Assembly: GCF_030144855.1 (NCBI RefSeq)
Contig: NW_026779229.1
Coordinates: 124,001-188,000, forward strand
DNA length: 64,000 nt
Direction of reading: 5' to 3'
DNA from: Hypanus sabinus
Lineage: Eukaryota
This document shows positions 26,177 through 39,419 of this stretch, in pieces (the first letter of the stretch is position 1; each line of letters opens with the position of its first letter). Made by a program: the position numbers and the translations under genes. The notes beneath the pieces were generated by a model. That model did no database searches and was not told the origin of the DNA. It saw only the letters and a program-made list of their open reading frames with translations.

Positions 26177-29070
26177 GTAATCCTGCAGTGTAATGGCGCT
26201 TGATGCACACGTGTGTGAGATGTAACAGGATTGAGGCGCTGAGATCACAGACAGATCTGCGATGGTCACAGTGAATGCGGGATGTGAATGTAATTAAATC
26301 TCCCATCAGCATCCTCTGGCTGACAAAAACACATCCAGTGAATTTAAAATTAAAGGAGTTTTCATCATTCTGTAGGGAGAAACAGCTCTGGTATTTGTAA
26401 AGTAAAGATAAGAGGGGGGAAACACGCCGACCGGAGTAACGTAAATAGACCCATCAGTCATGAAAGTCATCTGATTGATAAGATTATTTATTTCCAGTAA
26501 ATGAACAATAATCAGAAGGTGAAATACATTATTATCTTGCTGTACTCTTTTGGACCTAGTTATCTCCAGTTGTAATCTCCACACATTTGCTGCCTCGCCC
26601 ATCATTGTAATGGCCCCGTTGTGGACAAATATTTCAGATTGCTTTATAAAGTTGTTGACTCTGAGATCAGTGTTGCTTCAGGCTGCCGTGGCACAGTTAA
26701 ATCTGGCGAAAAGGAATGTCCAGTGTTCAAAAGAAAAGTTTGGTCCAAAATCCTAACTTTTTACCAGAGTTCACATGGCCCATCCTGCTACTGTGTCTTT
26801 CCTATAAGCCCACAACGATTTCTGTCCTCAGCTGTCACTGGAGTTTATAGTCTGACAGTAAATTGGTCCCAAAGTAAACAATCAATTAATGCTATAACAC
26901 CAGCCGATCTGAACCAGGATGCGGGTTGCGGTTGCTTCCTGGAGCAGATGGATTTGTCGTGAGTTACTGTATGTAATGTTTGTCACCGTCTACAGAGGTA
27001 CAAAATTAAGCCTGGATCGAATAGCACATCAGAACCATTGGCTCGAATGACTTTTTGTTTTGCTTAGTTATTGCGCGGTGGAGCAGGGTCTGGAGTTACG
27101 TGCTGATGAGTGTGACGTCCAGGTTTATCTGTGTGTTGTCAACTAAATATTGTCCAGAGTGTGTTCACTTACTGTTCGGGCCAACAGAATTCCGGTGCTC
27201 GGATTCGCTGGAAATAGAACCAGGAGCTCAGCACAGAGTAAACACAGAGACTGTACTGGGTGGGCGACGTTGCGATGTGTTAATACGCCCCCTTGTGACG
27301 GCAGGAATTCTAGTGTTTCTACCACTTCATTACTGTCTGTCAAACCGTGTGGATTTGCGGATCCGCCTGATTTTTTTCTGCAGGAGTGAGTGTGCTATTT
27401 TAGTAAAGAGTGCAAGTGTCAGTCAGTGATATTTAAAATAAAACTTGCTGAATTAAATCTCATTGGCTGTTAATAACAAATCTCTATAGGCACTGTATTG
27501 CGTTCCTCCTGTACCTGATAATGCGGCCACTGATTATATGTCCATGGTCTTCTACTGCCGTAGCCCCTCCAGTTCAATATTCGACACGTTTCGCGTCCAG
27601 TGATACCTCTCTGCACAGTGCAGTAGTAACGTGATTATTTGAGTTACTGTCGTCTTCCTGGCCGATTGAATCAGTCCGCCTTTAACCACTGATCTCTCTC
27701 ATCACCAAGAAGATTTTTCTCTCTCAGTATTGCCGCTACCTGATTTTTTTCCCAGCACCATTCTCCGCAAAACTGAGACTGTTGAACGGGACAATCCCAG
27801 GAGTTCAGCAGTTCCTGCGAAATTCAAACTGCACACTCTGGCACAGACAAACATTCCACTCTCAAAATCACTGAGATCACATTTCATCTCCATGGTGATG
27901 TTTGTTGGAGACAGAACGTACCCTGTACAGGATAGGGACAGACCCGCTGATAAAGCTGTGAGTTTAGTTAATGATTATCAGCAGGAGCTGACTGAACATT
28001 AACCAGGGTGTGTCCATTACTTACAGAACCCGTAACACAGCCTCACTGAGACAGGGTGGTAACAGAACCTGGAGCCGCGGTACAAGGTAAGAAGCTCTAT
28101 ATACTGACATATAAACATCACAAAGGTAGTTCGCCACTTTTATGAACACGAATATGATTTATAACGTATTGTGTTGATCGACATTAGAACTGTAGCGGAT
28201 CGCTTTTAAATGAATTAATAATTCCCTTCAGCTAATTGAATGCATCGACTTCCTGTGCATGTCCCGCGGGAAACCGGTGTAGTTGGCGGTGTTATCGGAA
28301 ACGCCGCACTTTCAACCCGGCTCCGAATCATCAGCAAAGGGTCGGGAGGTGCGAGCTTCCCGCATCTCGGAACTGTCCCCGGGCTACTGCTTGCAACAGC
28401 AGGAAGCCGATCCGTCCACACTCGGGGCTTTACCGATCCCCGACTGATGGAACCGAGGATTCGCTTTGTTTATTCCTTCACTGGCGGGATCGACACTATC
28501 TGTCCATCCTAGACGGCATTTCAGTTGGTGATGAAAAGTATTTAACCACCCACATTGGAGATTACATCCGGGGCGGGGAGTGGTCGTGGGGAAAGTCGGT
28601 GTAAGGAGTTGATGGTTGCATTATATAGTCGGTTGGTGAGACCTGTTGTGGATCACCGTCTGTAATATTGTTTCCCTTCTGTCAGATGTGAGTGGGCAGG
28701 TGGGAAATGAAAAGAAGTTTTACCAGACAGATATCTGCCCCTGCGAGATTTTCTATGAGGAAAATGTTATATCTTGACTTGTGGTGTGACATAAAACAGG
28801 GCAGAACTGCTTGTATACATAACTGTTATTTTCAATAACAATATACTTGATTGTATCCGCGGTAATTTGGTAAAATGAATGGAAACTTCGATGAGACATA
28901 AAGTATCCCACGGAGTCTGACAGGGACGTGGACAAAATAGTACCTGTTGTGTGAGGATACCGTCAGTTGAAGACGGTTGAGATGTTATTTCTCTCTCTCT
29001 CTGAGTCCAGTGTGTCATGGGAATGACCGGCCTCAATATTCAGCAGAATGAGAGTCTTTCAGTTAATATT
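26177..29070 (+). repeat. Tandem module copy C (complete, 2894-bp period)
   Basis: GTAATCCTGCAGTGT recurs at 26177 and 29071. Contains the Tc1 relic (27490-27905) and a GC-rich block (28230-28530). Confidence 0.92.
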
Positions 29071-30214
29071 GTAATCCTGCAGTGTGGTGGCCCTTGATAC
29101 ACAAATGAGTGAGATGTTACAGGTGAGAGGCAGGATTGATGAGCCGAGATCACAGTCAGATCTGCATTGGTCACAGTGAATGCGGGATGCCAATGTAATT
29201 AAATCTCCCATCAGCAACTTCTGGCTGACAAAAACACATATCAGTGGGCACTGTACTGTGCACGTCCCGTACCTAATACTGCGGTCACTGATTGCATGTC
29301 TGTGGTTTTCTACATCTGTAGCCCGTCCATTTCAATGTTCGACATGTTACACGTCCAATGACGCCTCTCTGCTCAATGCATTTGCAGCGTTGTTATTTGA
29401 GTTACTGTCGACTTCCCGGCAGATTGAACAAATTTCGCTTTTCCCATTCGATCTCTCTCATTAACAAGGCGTGTTCGCTCTCAGAACTGCCGCTCACTGA
29501 TCTTCTTCCGCGCCATTCTCCGCAAAACTGAGACTGTTGAACGGGACAATCCCAGGAGTTCAGCAGTTCCTGCGAAATTCAAACTGCTCCCTCTGGCACA
29601 GACAAACATTCCACTCTCAAAATCACTGAGATCACATTTCATCTCCAGGGGATGTTTGTTGGAGACAGAACGTACCCTGTGCTAAGGAACAGGACGTGGA
29701 GAGAAACGCTGATAAGGCTGTGGGTGTAGTTAATGATTATCACCAGGAGCTGACTGAACATTAACCAGGGTGTGTTCATTACTTACAGAACCCGTAAAAC
29801 AACCTCACTGGGACAGGGTGGTAACAGAACCTGGAGCCGCTGTACATGGTAAGAAGCTCTTTTTACTGAAATATAAACATTGCAAAGGCAGTCGTCCACT
29901 GAAATGAGACTGAGAACTTATTAAGTTGTTCAACAATTGAACTGTAGCGAATAGCTGTTGAAAGAATTAATAATTCCCTTCTGCTAATTGAATGCATCAA
30001 CTTCCTGTGCATGTCCCACGGGAAACCGGTGTAGTTGGAGGTGTTATCGGAAACGCCGCAACTTTCAACCCAGCTCCGAATCATCAGCAAAGGGTCGGGA
30101 GGTGCGAGCTTCCCGCATCTCGGAACTGTCCCCGGGCTACTGCTTGCAACAGCAGGAAGCTGATCCGTCCACACTCGGGGATTTACCGATCTCTGACTGG
30201 GCGAACTGAGGATT
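29071..30214 (+). repeat. Tandem module copy D with a ~1.15-kb internal deletion ending at the Tc1 left end
   Basis: Jumps from acacatatcagtg directly to ggcactgtact (Tc1 start) at ~29245 and then follows copy C until the CT tract. Confidence 0.88.
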
Positions 30215-30683
30215 CCCCTCCCTACCCCCACTCTCCCTCTCCCCTCTCTCCCATCTCTCTCCCCTTCTCTCTCCCCCTCTCTTCCCCCTCTCTCTCTACA
30301 CTTTCTCTCCCACACATTTTCTCACCCCTCAGCCCCTGTCCCTCTCTCCCCCCTCTCGCCTCCCCTCTCCCCTTCTCTCTCCCCTCTCTCACTCCTCTCT
30401 CACCTCTCACCCCTTTCTCACCTCTCACTCCTCTCTCTCATCTCTCACCCCTCTCTCCCTAAACCCCCTCTCTCTCCCCTCTCCCTCCCCTTCTCTCTCC
30501 CCTCTCTCTCTCCCCTCTCTCCCCCACTCCTCCCCTCTCTTTTCTCCTCTCTCTCCCCTCTCCCCGTCTCCCCCTTTCTCTGTCCCCTCTCTGCCCCTCT
30601 CTCTTCCCCTCTCTCTCCCCTCTCTCCCCCCGTCTCTCCCAACCTTCTCTCTCTCTCTCCCACCCCTCTCTCTCACCCCCTCT
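30215..30683 (+). repeat. ~470-bp polypyrimidine (C/T) low-complexity tract
   Basis: Almost exclusively C/T. Confidence 0.95.
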
Positions 30684-30930
30684 CAGTGGGTCTCTATTTG
30701 CGTTACTTCCGTTGATGTGTTTCCTTGGTATCATACACACTTTACAACTATCTCAGATGATACTCTTTACCGTGTGATGAAAATCCCTCGAACACTAAAT
30801 TCACTGAATGTGTTCTGTCAGCTTGAGGATGCTGATGGGAGATTTAATAAAATTCACATGCTGAATTTACTGTGACCGACCTATTCTGTGATCTCGGCGC
30901 CTTAATCCTGCTTCTCACCTGTAACATCAC
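30684..30930 (-). repeat. Inverted fragment (E) of the tandem module
   Basis: Reverse complement matches 17560-17710 plus 22556-22657 and 26215-26457. Confidence 0.85.
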
Positions 30931-33900
30931 ATGTACCCCCAGATCCTTCTGCTCCTCTACACTGCCAAGTGTCCTGCCACTTACTTTGTACTCTGCCTTG
31001 GAGTTTGCCCTTCCAAATTGTATCACCTCACACTTCTCCGGGTTGAACTCCATCTGCCAATTTTCAGCCCACATCTGCATCCTATCTATGTCTCTCTGCA
31101 ATCTTCGACAATCCTCTACACTATCTACAACACCACCAACATCTGTGCCATCTGCAATCCAACCCACCCTTCTACCCCCATATCCAGGTTGTTAATAAAA
31201 AAAATCATGAAAAGTAGAGGTCCCAGATCAGAACCTTGTGGGACACCACTAGTCACAACCCTTCAATCTGAATGTAATCCCTCCACCACGACCTTCTGCC
31301 TTCTGCGGGCAAGCCAATTCTGAATCCACCTGGTCAAACTTCCCTGGATCCCATGCCTTCTGACTTTCGGAATAAGCCTACTGTGTGGAACCTTGTCAAA
31401 TGCCTTACTAAAATCCATGTAGTTCACATCCACTGCACTACTATTTTCTATATGCCTGGTCACATCCTCAAAGAAATCTAACAGGCTTGTTAGAAACGAT
31501 CTGCCCTTCACAAAGCCATGCTGACGTCCCTGATCAGACCATGATTCTCTGGTAATCCTATATCTAAGAATCATTTCCAACAGCTTTCCCACCACAGACG
31601 TCAGGCTCACTGGTCTATAATTACCCGAACTATCCATACTAACTTTTTTGAACAAGGGGACAACATTCGCCTCCCTCCAATCCTCCGGTACCATTCCCGT
31701 GGACAACAAGGATATAAAGATCCTAGCCAGATGCTCAGCAATTTCTTCCCTCGCTTCATGGAGCAACCTGGGGAATATTCCTTCAGGCACTGGGGTCTTA
31801 TCCATTCCTAATTTATTTTAACAACTCCAACACCACCTCTCTCCTAATATCAACATGCTCCAGGACATCAACCTCACTCATGTTGTTCTCACCGTCATCA
31901 AGTTCCATCTCATTGGTGAATACCGAAGAGAAGTATTCATTAAGGACCTCGCTCACTTCCACAGCATCCAGGCACGTCTATCCACATTTATCCCTAATCG
32001 GTCCTACCTTCACTCCTCTAATCCTTTTGTTCTTCAGATAATTGAAGAATGCCTTGGGGTTTTTTCTTACCCTACTCGCCAAGGCCTTCTAGTGCCCCTT
32101 TCGTGCTCTTCTTAGCCCCTTCTTAAGCTACTTTCCTGCTACCTTATATTCCTCAATTGACCCATCTGATCCTTGCTTCCTAAACCTCATGTATGCTGCT
32201 TTCTTCCACCTGACTAGATTTTCCACCTAACTTTTCACCCATGGTTCCTTCACCCTACAAATCTTTATTTTCCTCACTGGGAAAAAATAATCCCTAACAT
32301 CCTGCAAAAGATTCTTAAACATCGACCACATGTCCATAGTACATTTCCCTGCAAAAACATCATCCCAGTTCACACCCGCAAGTTCGAGCCTTATAGCCTC
32401 ATAATTTGCCCTTCCGAATTAAACACTTTCCTATGCTCTCTGAGTCTATCCTTTTCCCTGATAATTCTAAAGACCAAGGAGCAATGATCACTGTCCCCAA
32501 GATGCTCACCCACTGAGAGATCTGTGACCTGACCCGGTTCGTTACCTAATACCAGATCTAGTATGGCATTCCCCCTAGTCGGACTGTCAACAGACTGTGA
32601 CAGGAATCCGCCTTGGACACATTTAACAAACTCTGTCCCATCTAAACCCTTGGAACTAATCAAGTGCCAATCAATATTAGGGAAGTTAAAGTCACCCATG
32701 ATAACAACCCTGTTAGTTTTGCACCTCTCCAAAATCTACCTCCCAATCTGCTCCTTGATGTCTCTGCTGCTACCGGGGGCCTAAAGAATACCTTCAGTAG
32801 AGTAACTGCTCCCTTCCTGTTCCTGACTTCCACCCATACTGACTGAAAAGAGGATCCTGCTACATTACCCACCCTTTCTATACCTGTAATAGTATCCCTC
32901 ACCAGTAATGCCAAAACTCCACCCCCCCCCCCATCCCTTTTAAAGCACTGAATTCCAGGAATATTGAGAATCCATTCCTGCCTGGGTGCCAGCCAGGTCT
33001 CTGTATGGGCACTACATCATAATTTCATGTATGTATTCAAGCTCTCAGTTCATCACCTTTGTTCCTGAGGCTTCTTGTTTTGAAGTACACACACTTTAGC
33101 TCTTCTACCTTACTACCTTTATACCCTTTATTCTGCTGCTCTTTCCTCAAAGCCTCTCTATATTTTAGATCTGGCTTTACTCCATGCACTTCTTTCACTA
33201 CTCTATCGCTCCGGGTCCCACCCCCCTTGCAAATTATTTTAAACCCTCCCGAACCATGCTAGCAAACCTACCAGCAAGGATATTGCTCCCCCGCGAGTTC
33301 AGGTGCATCCCATCCAATCTGTACAGGTCCCACCTTCCCCAGAAGAGATCCCAATGATCCAAAAATCTAAAACCTTGCCCCCCGCACCAACTCCTCAGCC
33401 ACGCATTCAATTGCCATCTCCTCCAATTCTTACCACCACTATCCCGTAGCACTGGAAGCAACCCTCTTCTCTGTCCCATCCTTCTGCACCACAGGATCAG
33501 ACTCAGTGCCAGAGGCCCTGCCACCATGGCTCACACCTCGTCAGTCGTCCCCGCCAACAGTATCCAGGACGGTAAACTTATTATTCAGGAGAATGTTTAC
33601 AGGAGAGCACTGCATTAACTGTCCACTTAACTTCGCTTTCCCCCCTCGGACTGTCACCCAACGATCTGTTTCCAGCAGCCTAGGTGTGACTACCTCCCTG
33701 TAGCTCTCATCTATGACTGTCTCATTCTCCCTTATGAGTCGAAGGTCGTCCAGCTGCTGCTCCAGATTCCTCACACAGTTTTCCAGATCGCCCAGCCGCA
33801 TGCACTTCTGGCAGATGTGACTGCGGGAGAGGGGAGTTCCCCTAAGACTGCCACATCTCACAGGAGAGGCACATCACCAACTCAGGAGTCATTGTAAAGA

Positions 33901-34020
33901 CTAACTTGGAACAAGCTCGTCCTCCGCCTTTTCTCATCAAAGCCTCTCGAGTCAAAGCCTCAAAGCTCCACTCCTTCACTAGTCCACTCATTCACTGGCC
34001 GCTTTCCCTGTTGCAACCTG
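30931..34020 (-). mobile_element. CR1 LINE retaining 5'UTR, ORF1 and ORF2 pieces, with internal deletions and no 3' end
   Basis: ORF1 CQKC...LEQQLDDLRLIRE (33541-33861) and esterase end DGMHLN (33234-33527); EN VVIMGDFNFP, GDSDH (32391-32732); RT NYRPVSLTS, MDFSKAFDKVPH (31263-31805). Confidence 0.93.
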
Positions 34021-34029
34021 TGCTTATTA

Positions 34030-34410
34030 GACTTGCTGTCGCCTTCCCGGCAGCTAGAATCAGTCTGGCCATTCTCCTTCGGTCTCTCTCATACACACAG
34101 CATTTTCCCGTCCAGCACTGACACTCACCGGATGATTGTCTGTTTCACACCATTCTCTGTAAATCGAGACAGTTGTGTGTGACAATCCCAGAGATATTCA
34201 CACTACACCGTCTGGAATCAACAATCATTCCACTGTCAAAGTCACCGAGATCACATTCTTCCCCAATCTGATGTTTGTTCTGAACAACACATGGACCTCT
34301 TGACCATTTCTGCATGTTTTAATTAAGGTGACTGAGCTGGTGCCACATAATTTGTTGATCAGCATTAACGAGCTGGTGTACAGGTGCACTTTTAAAAATT
34401 ACCACTGAGT
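34030..34410 (-). mobile_element. Tc1-derived relic (right end retained)
   Basis: Matches 36680-37075. Confidence 0.75.
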
Positions 34411-35019
34411 TTATTTCCGAATTAGACAATCCACTCACCCCCTCTCGGATGTTATCAAGAATGGGATCTGGATCTACTTATTCATTCCGCTGTTTCCCAC
34501 AACTGGATGACGCAGACAAGACCGTGAACTAAACATTGTCATGATGACAAGGTTGGGTTAATCTTCGGGAACATAAAATCCTGGAATCTGTGCACTAATC
34601 GCGAAGAGCAAATTCATTTGAACATAGCACAGTATCGCACTTCCCTCTAACAGACGGGATATTGAGGCTGAAGAGAGCAGCTGAAACTATTTTATCGGCG
34701 ACACACGGGCATCATGGAAATGGTCATGAGTAGCACACAAAAACTGAATTCACCTCGTCAGTGGAGTTGTACTGTGAGGCGATCAGGCTCAAGTGCGTTA
34801 TAATTCATGATTAGCATTGATCACTGAAGCCGTAGAAGATGTGCTGTAGATCTGTTGTTTCAGCAGACAAGTTGGAGTGGGTCCAGGTCATTATTCAGAC
34901 AGGAGCTGATATGCTTCAATACTAGACACTCAAAACACTTCAACTGTGGATGTAAGTGCCACTGGGCGATAGCCATTGAGGAATTTAACGACACTCTTCT
35001 CGGGTACCGGTATGGTTTA

Positions 35020-36320
35020 AGTTTCAGTTCGGAGATACAAGGAGTTAAGTTGCAGGAGGAGAGTAAGTTGGTGACTGTCGGCAGAATGAAGTGAAATGAG
35101 CAGCCAGTGCAGACAAGCCCCGTGGACGTGCCCCTCAGAAATAAGTATACCACTTTGAGTATACACCGAGTGAGAGGGACGACCTACCAGTTGGAAGCGC
35201 AACCTCTGGGTCTCTAGCTCGGAAGAGAACAGAAGTGAAGGGGTCTAAAGTGGGTAGAAAAGATTCCATAGTCAGATGAACAGAGACGAGATTCTGGATG
35301 TATGTTGCCTCCCAGGTGACAGGGTCAGGGATGTCTCAGATTGGCTCCATGGCATTCTATAGGGGGTGGGTGAGCAACCAGATGTCTTGGTGTATATTGC
35401 CACCAACGACACGGGCAGAAAAAATGAAGGGGTGCCTGGGAGATAATATAGGACGCGCGGTAGAAAGCTGAGAAACAGGACCTACAGGGTAGTAATCTCT
35501 GAATTGCCTGCTGTGCCACGTGCCAGCGAGGACAAGAGTAGAAAGATTTGGCAGTGGCTGAGGAACTGGTGCAGGAGGCAGAGGTTCATAAATATGGACG
35601 ATTGGGATCTCGTCTGGGCAAGTTATGACTAGTAGAAAAGCGATGAGTTACACCAGAATCCCAGGGGAATCAATATCCTTGCGGGCAGGTTTTCCAGAAC
35701 AATTCAGGAGGGCTAATTTTCCAGGGGGATGGGAACTGGAGTTATGATGCTGAGAATGGGATAGCTGGTTCACAAACAGAGGCAGTTTGCAGTCATAGTG
35801 ATAGAAAGTGGAGGCTGATGATAGGGAAAAACTGCAGTCAATGGGATGACTTGCAACATAAAAGGCAGACAGAATAGGAAATGGAGAGTACAAGACTGTC
35901 GAGGTTACAGTTGAATGCTAACAGAAAACGGAATAACAGTCGAAGGCAGCAAAGTTACATGCATGACATTGTGGATGTCATTGAATCGTGGCTGAAAGAA
36001 TATTACAGCTGGGAGTTTAACATCCAATGATATACACTATATCGAAAGTACAGGCAGGTTGGCAGAAAGGTTTGGCGTGACACTTTGTGAAAAAGTGAAA
36101 TCAAATCATTAGAAAAATGTGACATGGCTAGGAAGGTTTTGAATCCTTGTAGGTAGAGCTAGGAAGCTGCAAGGGTACAAAGGCCCCTTGCCTTTGCCCC
36201 TAGAGAACTCCACTCAGTAGTAATGACAGGGTCCTAAAATTACAACGGGAGACAGAAAATGTGTGTCAGTAGGACAATGTTACGATAGTCATGGGATATG
36301 TTAACATGGTAAAATCGGGT
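35020..36320 (+). mobile_element. Decayed CR1 ORF1 esterase / ORF2 start
   Basis: Remnants of CLPG, ND, ISELPA, NILAGRF, ESWL motifs with many stops. Confidence 0.75.
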
Positions 36321-36529
36321 TGTTATGGTCTTTTATTACCCCACTTGTCACGATAGTATTTTTAGAGTTTCCACCAGTTCAATGCTGTCCAGAAGATTCA
36401 CTAGATTTACGGATGCGTGTTTTCATTTTATTCTGTGGAATTTTGTGAGCAAAGAAGGTGTATATCTGGCAGTGATACTTAAACTAAAAAATCCTGTCGT
36501 AAATCTCAGTCAGTCTTTGTAATTATGGA

Positions 36530-37075
36530 CGTCTGCACTTATCTACTTCCTGCACCTAATAATGTGGCCTGTGAGTGTATGTTTGGAGTTTACCGTGGCT
36601 GTACCTCATCCAAGTCCAATGTTTGGCTTTCAGTGACGCTCTTCTGCTCCCCAGCTTTTGGAGCGTATGGCTATTTAAATTACTGTCACCTTCCTGTCTG
36701 ATTTAATCAGTCTGGTCAATCTCCTTGAGGTCTCCCATTAACAAGGCGTTTTCACCCTCAGAACTGCTGCTCACTGGATTTTCTTTCATTTTGTCTTCAC
36801 ACCATTCTCTGCACACCGAGCGAATTGTGGGTGAAAATCCAAGGAGATGATCAGTTTCCGTAATGCACATGCTACCCTGTCTGGCACCAGCGATCATTCC
36901 ACAGTCAAGGTCACTTAGACAACATGGATTCCAGATTCGGATGTTCCGCCTGAACAACAACTGAACCCCTTGAACATATCTGCATGTTACATCCTTCAAG
37001 TTGCGGCCAAGGGATTAACAGATTCCCATTAATGAGCAGCTGTACAGGTGTACCTAATAAAACGGCCATTTAGTG
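36530..37075 (-). mobile_element. Tc1-derived non-autonomous element, most complete copy in the window
   Basis: ORF 36703-36999 CCLSDLDCGMIAGARQGSMCITETDHLLGFSPTIRSVCREWCE (Tc1 HTH); terminal ACCTAATAA..GGCC motifs at both ends. Confidence 0.85.
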
Positions 37076-37779
37076 CATTTACCATTTACACGGGCCCTCA
37101 CCTATCTCGAATTTGAATATGGGTGAGATTTGGTGCTGATCTTTGCGATTTTCCAACAGGTTATCGCTGACAAGGCAGTTTGGGGTAACCTGGGGAGAGA
37201 GACTGTTACTATTCCTTCTGAGCTGCGCCGGTGTGCGGCTGCGCTGTAATTAAAATGCTCGCGTCACGGAGCCCTTGTTACAGTGCAGATGGATTAAAAT
37301 GCAGCTGAAAAAAAGTTCATGAATCTGAGAGTTTTTCTTTGTTGCACTATAATTTATCATATCCTTCCATTAATAGACAAGGACAGAAGTATATTTTTTG
37401 TCAGTCCATTCTATATATTCATAGATGCGCATTGCAAAAACACACACATCTAAGATGTCGCACTTTTTTCAGGCCGTGTGAAGACTTCCTTCTCGGAGCA
37501 ATGGTTGATCCACGCAGTGGAAAAATAGCAATTAGTGGGAACATTGGAGACCGGAACATGTTAGATTCAATGCATATTAATCACGATTGAATATGATACA
37601 TTACTGTGCTTCATTATGATACTTTATTCTGGTATCTTATTTTATATTCGTAGCTAGCTTGCTTTCATATTCCACCTTTCTTCTGCTTATTCCTTTTTTT
37701 TCATTGCTTTCTTTTAATCATTAAAAGCTCCCCGATTCACTAGATTCTTTCAACTACTTTTGCTATCTAGAACAACTTC

Positions 37780-38690
37780 TTAAATCAATATGTAGATAGT
37801 CCAACAAAAGCAGGAGTTGTACTGACGTTAGGTAATTATGCTAGCTAGATACCCGACCATTTGGTGGGTAAATGGTGAGGGAAGAACTCCTTAAGTTTAA
37901 GAGATCTCCAGAGAAGGAAAGTGTAGACTTTGCGGGAGGGTAATGAATTGGATCAGGGTAAATTACTAATTCATAAGCCAATAACTGTGGAGAGTTGATG
38001 GGAAACAACTGTTTCTGGCAGGTCGACCTCTGACATGTGGAGGGTGTTTAAAGTCCATCTGCACGGAGTATAGGGCGGGTATATTCCAGTACGACGAAAT
38101 GACGAGATTGGCAGCGTCAGAGACCCTTAAATGTGGAGAGAAGTGATGAATTCAGTCAAGCTGGAAAAAGAAAAGTATGTAAAGCTCAGGAAGGTCGAAT
38201 GAAACAGAGCCCTCGAGAATGTGTGTGTGTCCTTAATTTTTAACTTGCATCAGTATTTACCAAGGACAAGGACATGGAGGATACGGAGATCAGTGCGGGG
38301 AGTACTGGTATGCTCGGGCATTTTGAAATAAAGAAAGAGACAGTGTTGGGTCTCTTAAAGTGCATCAGGGCGTTTAAGTTTGCAGGCCCTGATGGGATAT
38401 ACCCCAAGTTACAGAGAAAGGCCAGTGATGAAATTGCTGGGGCCTTGATCAATATCGTTCTGTCCTGCCTCGCCACCAGCAGACTCCGAGAGAACTGCCG
38501 AGTGCCTCATGTTGATCCGTCATTCAAGGCGTGATTCAGGGAATAATCCTGATGAGCATTGAAACTGCCGAGATACAGTCGGCTGTGAACCAAGTGCTGA
38601 TAAATGGGACCAGTGTAGACAGTGAGTGGATGGTCAGAACAGGTATGGCCGACCAAAGGCCTGTTTCCGTGCTGTGTGATCCACCAATCC
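37780..38690 (+). mobile_element. Decayed CR1 ORF2 fragments
   Basis: ASVFTKDK, AGPDGIYPKL, EIAGAL motifs; 3'UTR piece at 38600-38690. Confidence 0.75.
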
Positions 38691-39419
38691 GGACATGCTA
38701 AATTAACGATGGTGGCACCGCAAGGCATTGATTTCAAAACTCCACACCCCTCTCCAAACTGAAATAAACCAGACTGTACCCCTTGTCGCCACTGTGAATA
38801 TCTGTTTCTGTCAAGGGATCATACAGATTGGACACGTCAGCTAAACAACTGGCAACCGATGAAGTTCCTGTGTCTTCTTCCATTAATGTTGCTTCCTTAC
38901 AGCAAAACTAACCCTCTCCCTGTGTCAGAATCAGTGATTAAATCCGGCCCAAAACACTGTGCTTTCATCCCTGCACGTTGCAACTTGAACCATCTCACCG
39001 AGGGTCTGATGGAGACACAACCTCTGTCCTCTACACACGTGCTCACATCTCCCCTGCTTCTGACATTTAAAATCCCCTCAGAATGGTTTTCTGATTCCGT
39101 CTGAAGGTTATGGTACATTCAACTCGTTCTCAGACCTGACAACCCATGTTTTCCCACAGCTGGTTCCACCTGTTGGTGTGTCCTCTTTCTTCCACCTCCA
39201 GGGAAGCTGCCTTTCCATAAGACCATAAGACCTCCTGCCAATCAGGCATGGACTTTTCCATGCTGGAATCTTTGCTGTAATACCATGGGCTCCTAGTTTG
39301 TGAAACAGCCTCGAGTGTGGCTCCTTGTCACAGGCCTTTGGAAAATCCAAGTAGCCAGCATCAACGTATTCACATCTCTCTAACCCGCCTGTTATTTCTT
39401 CAAATAAAAATAGCCGATT

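Noticed and set aside
29863-30740. E/R/G-rich and S/P/L-rich ORFs
   Set aside because: Translations of the C/T low-complexity tract.
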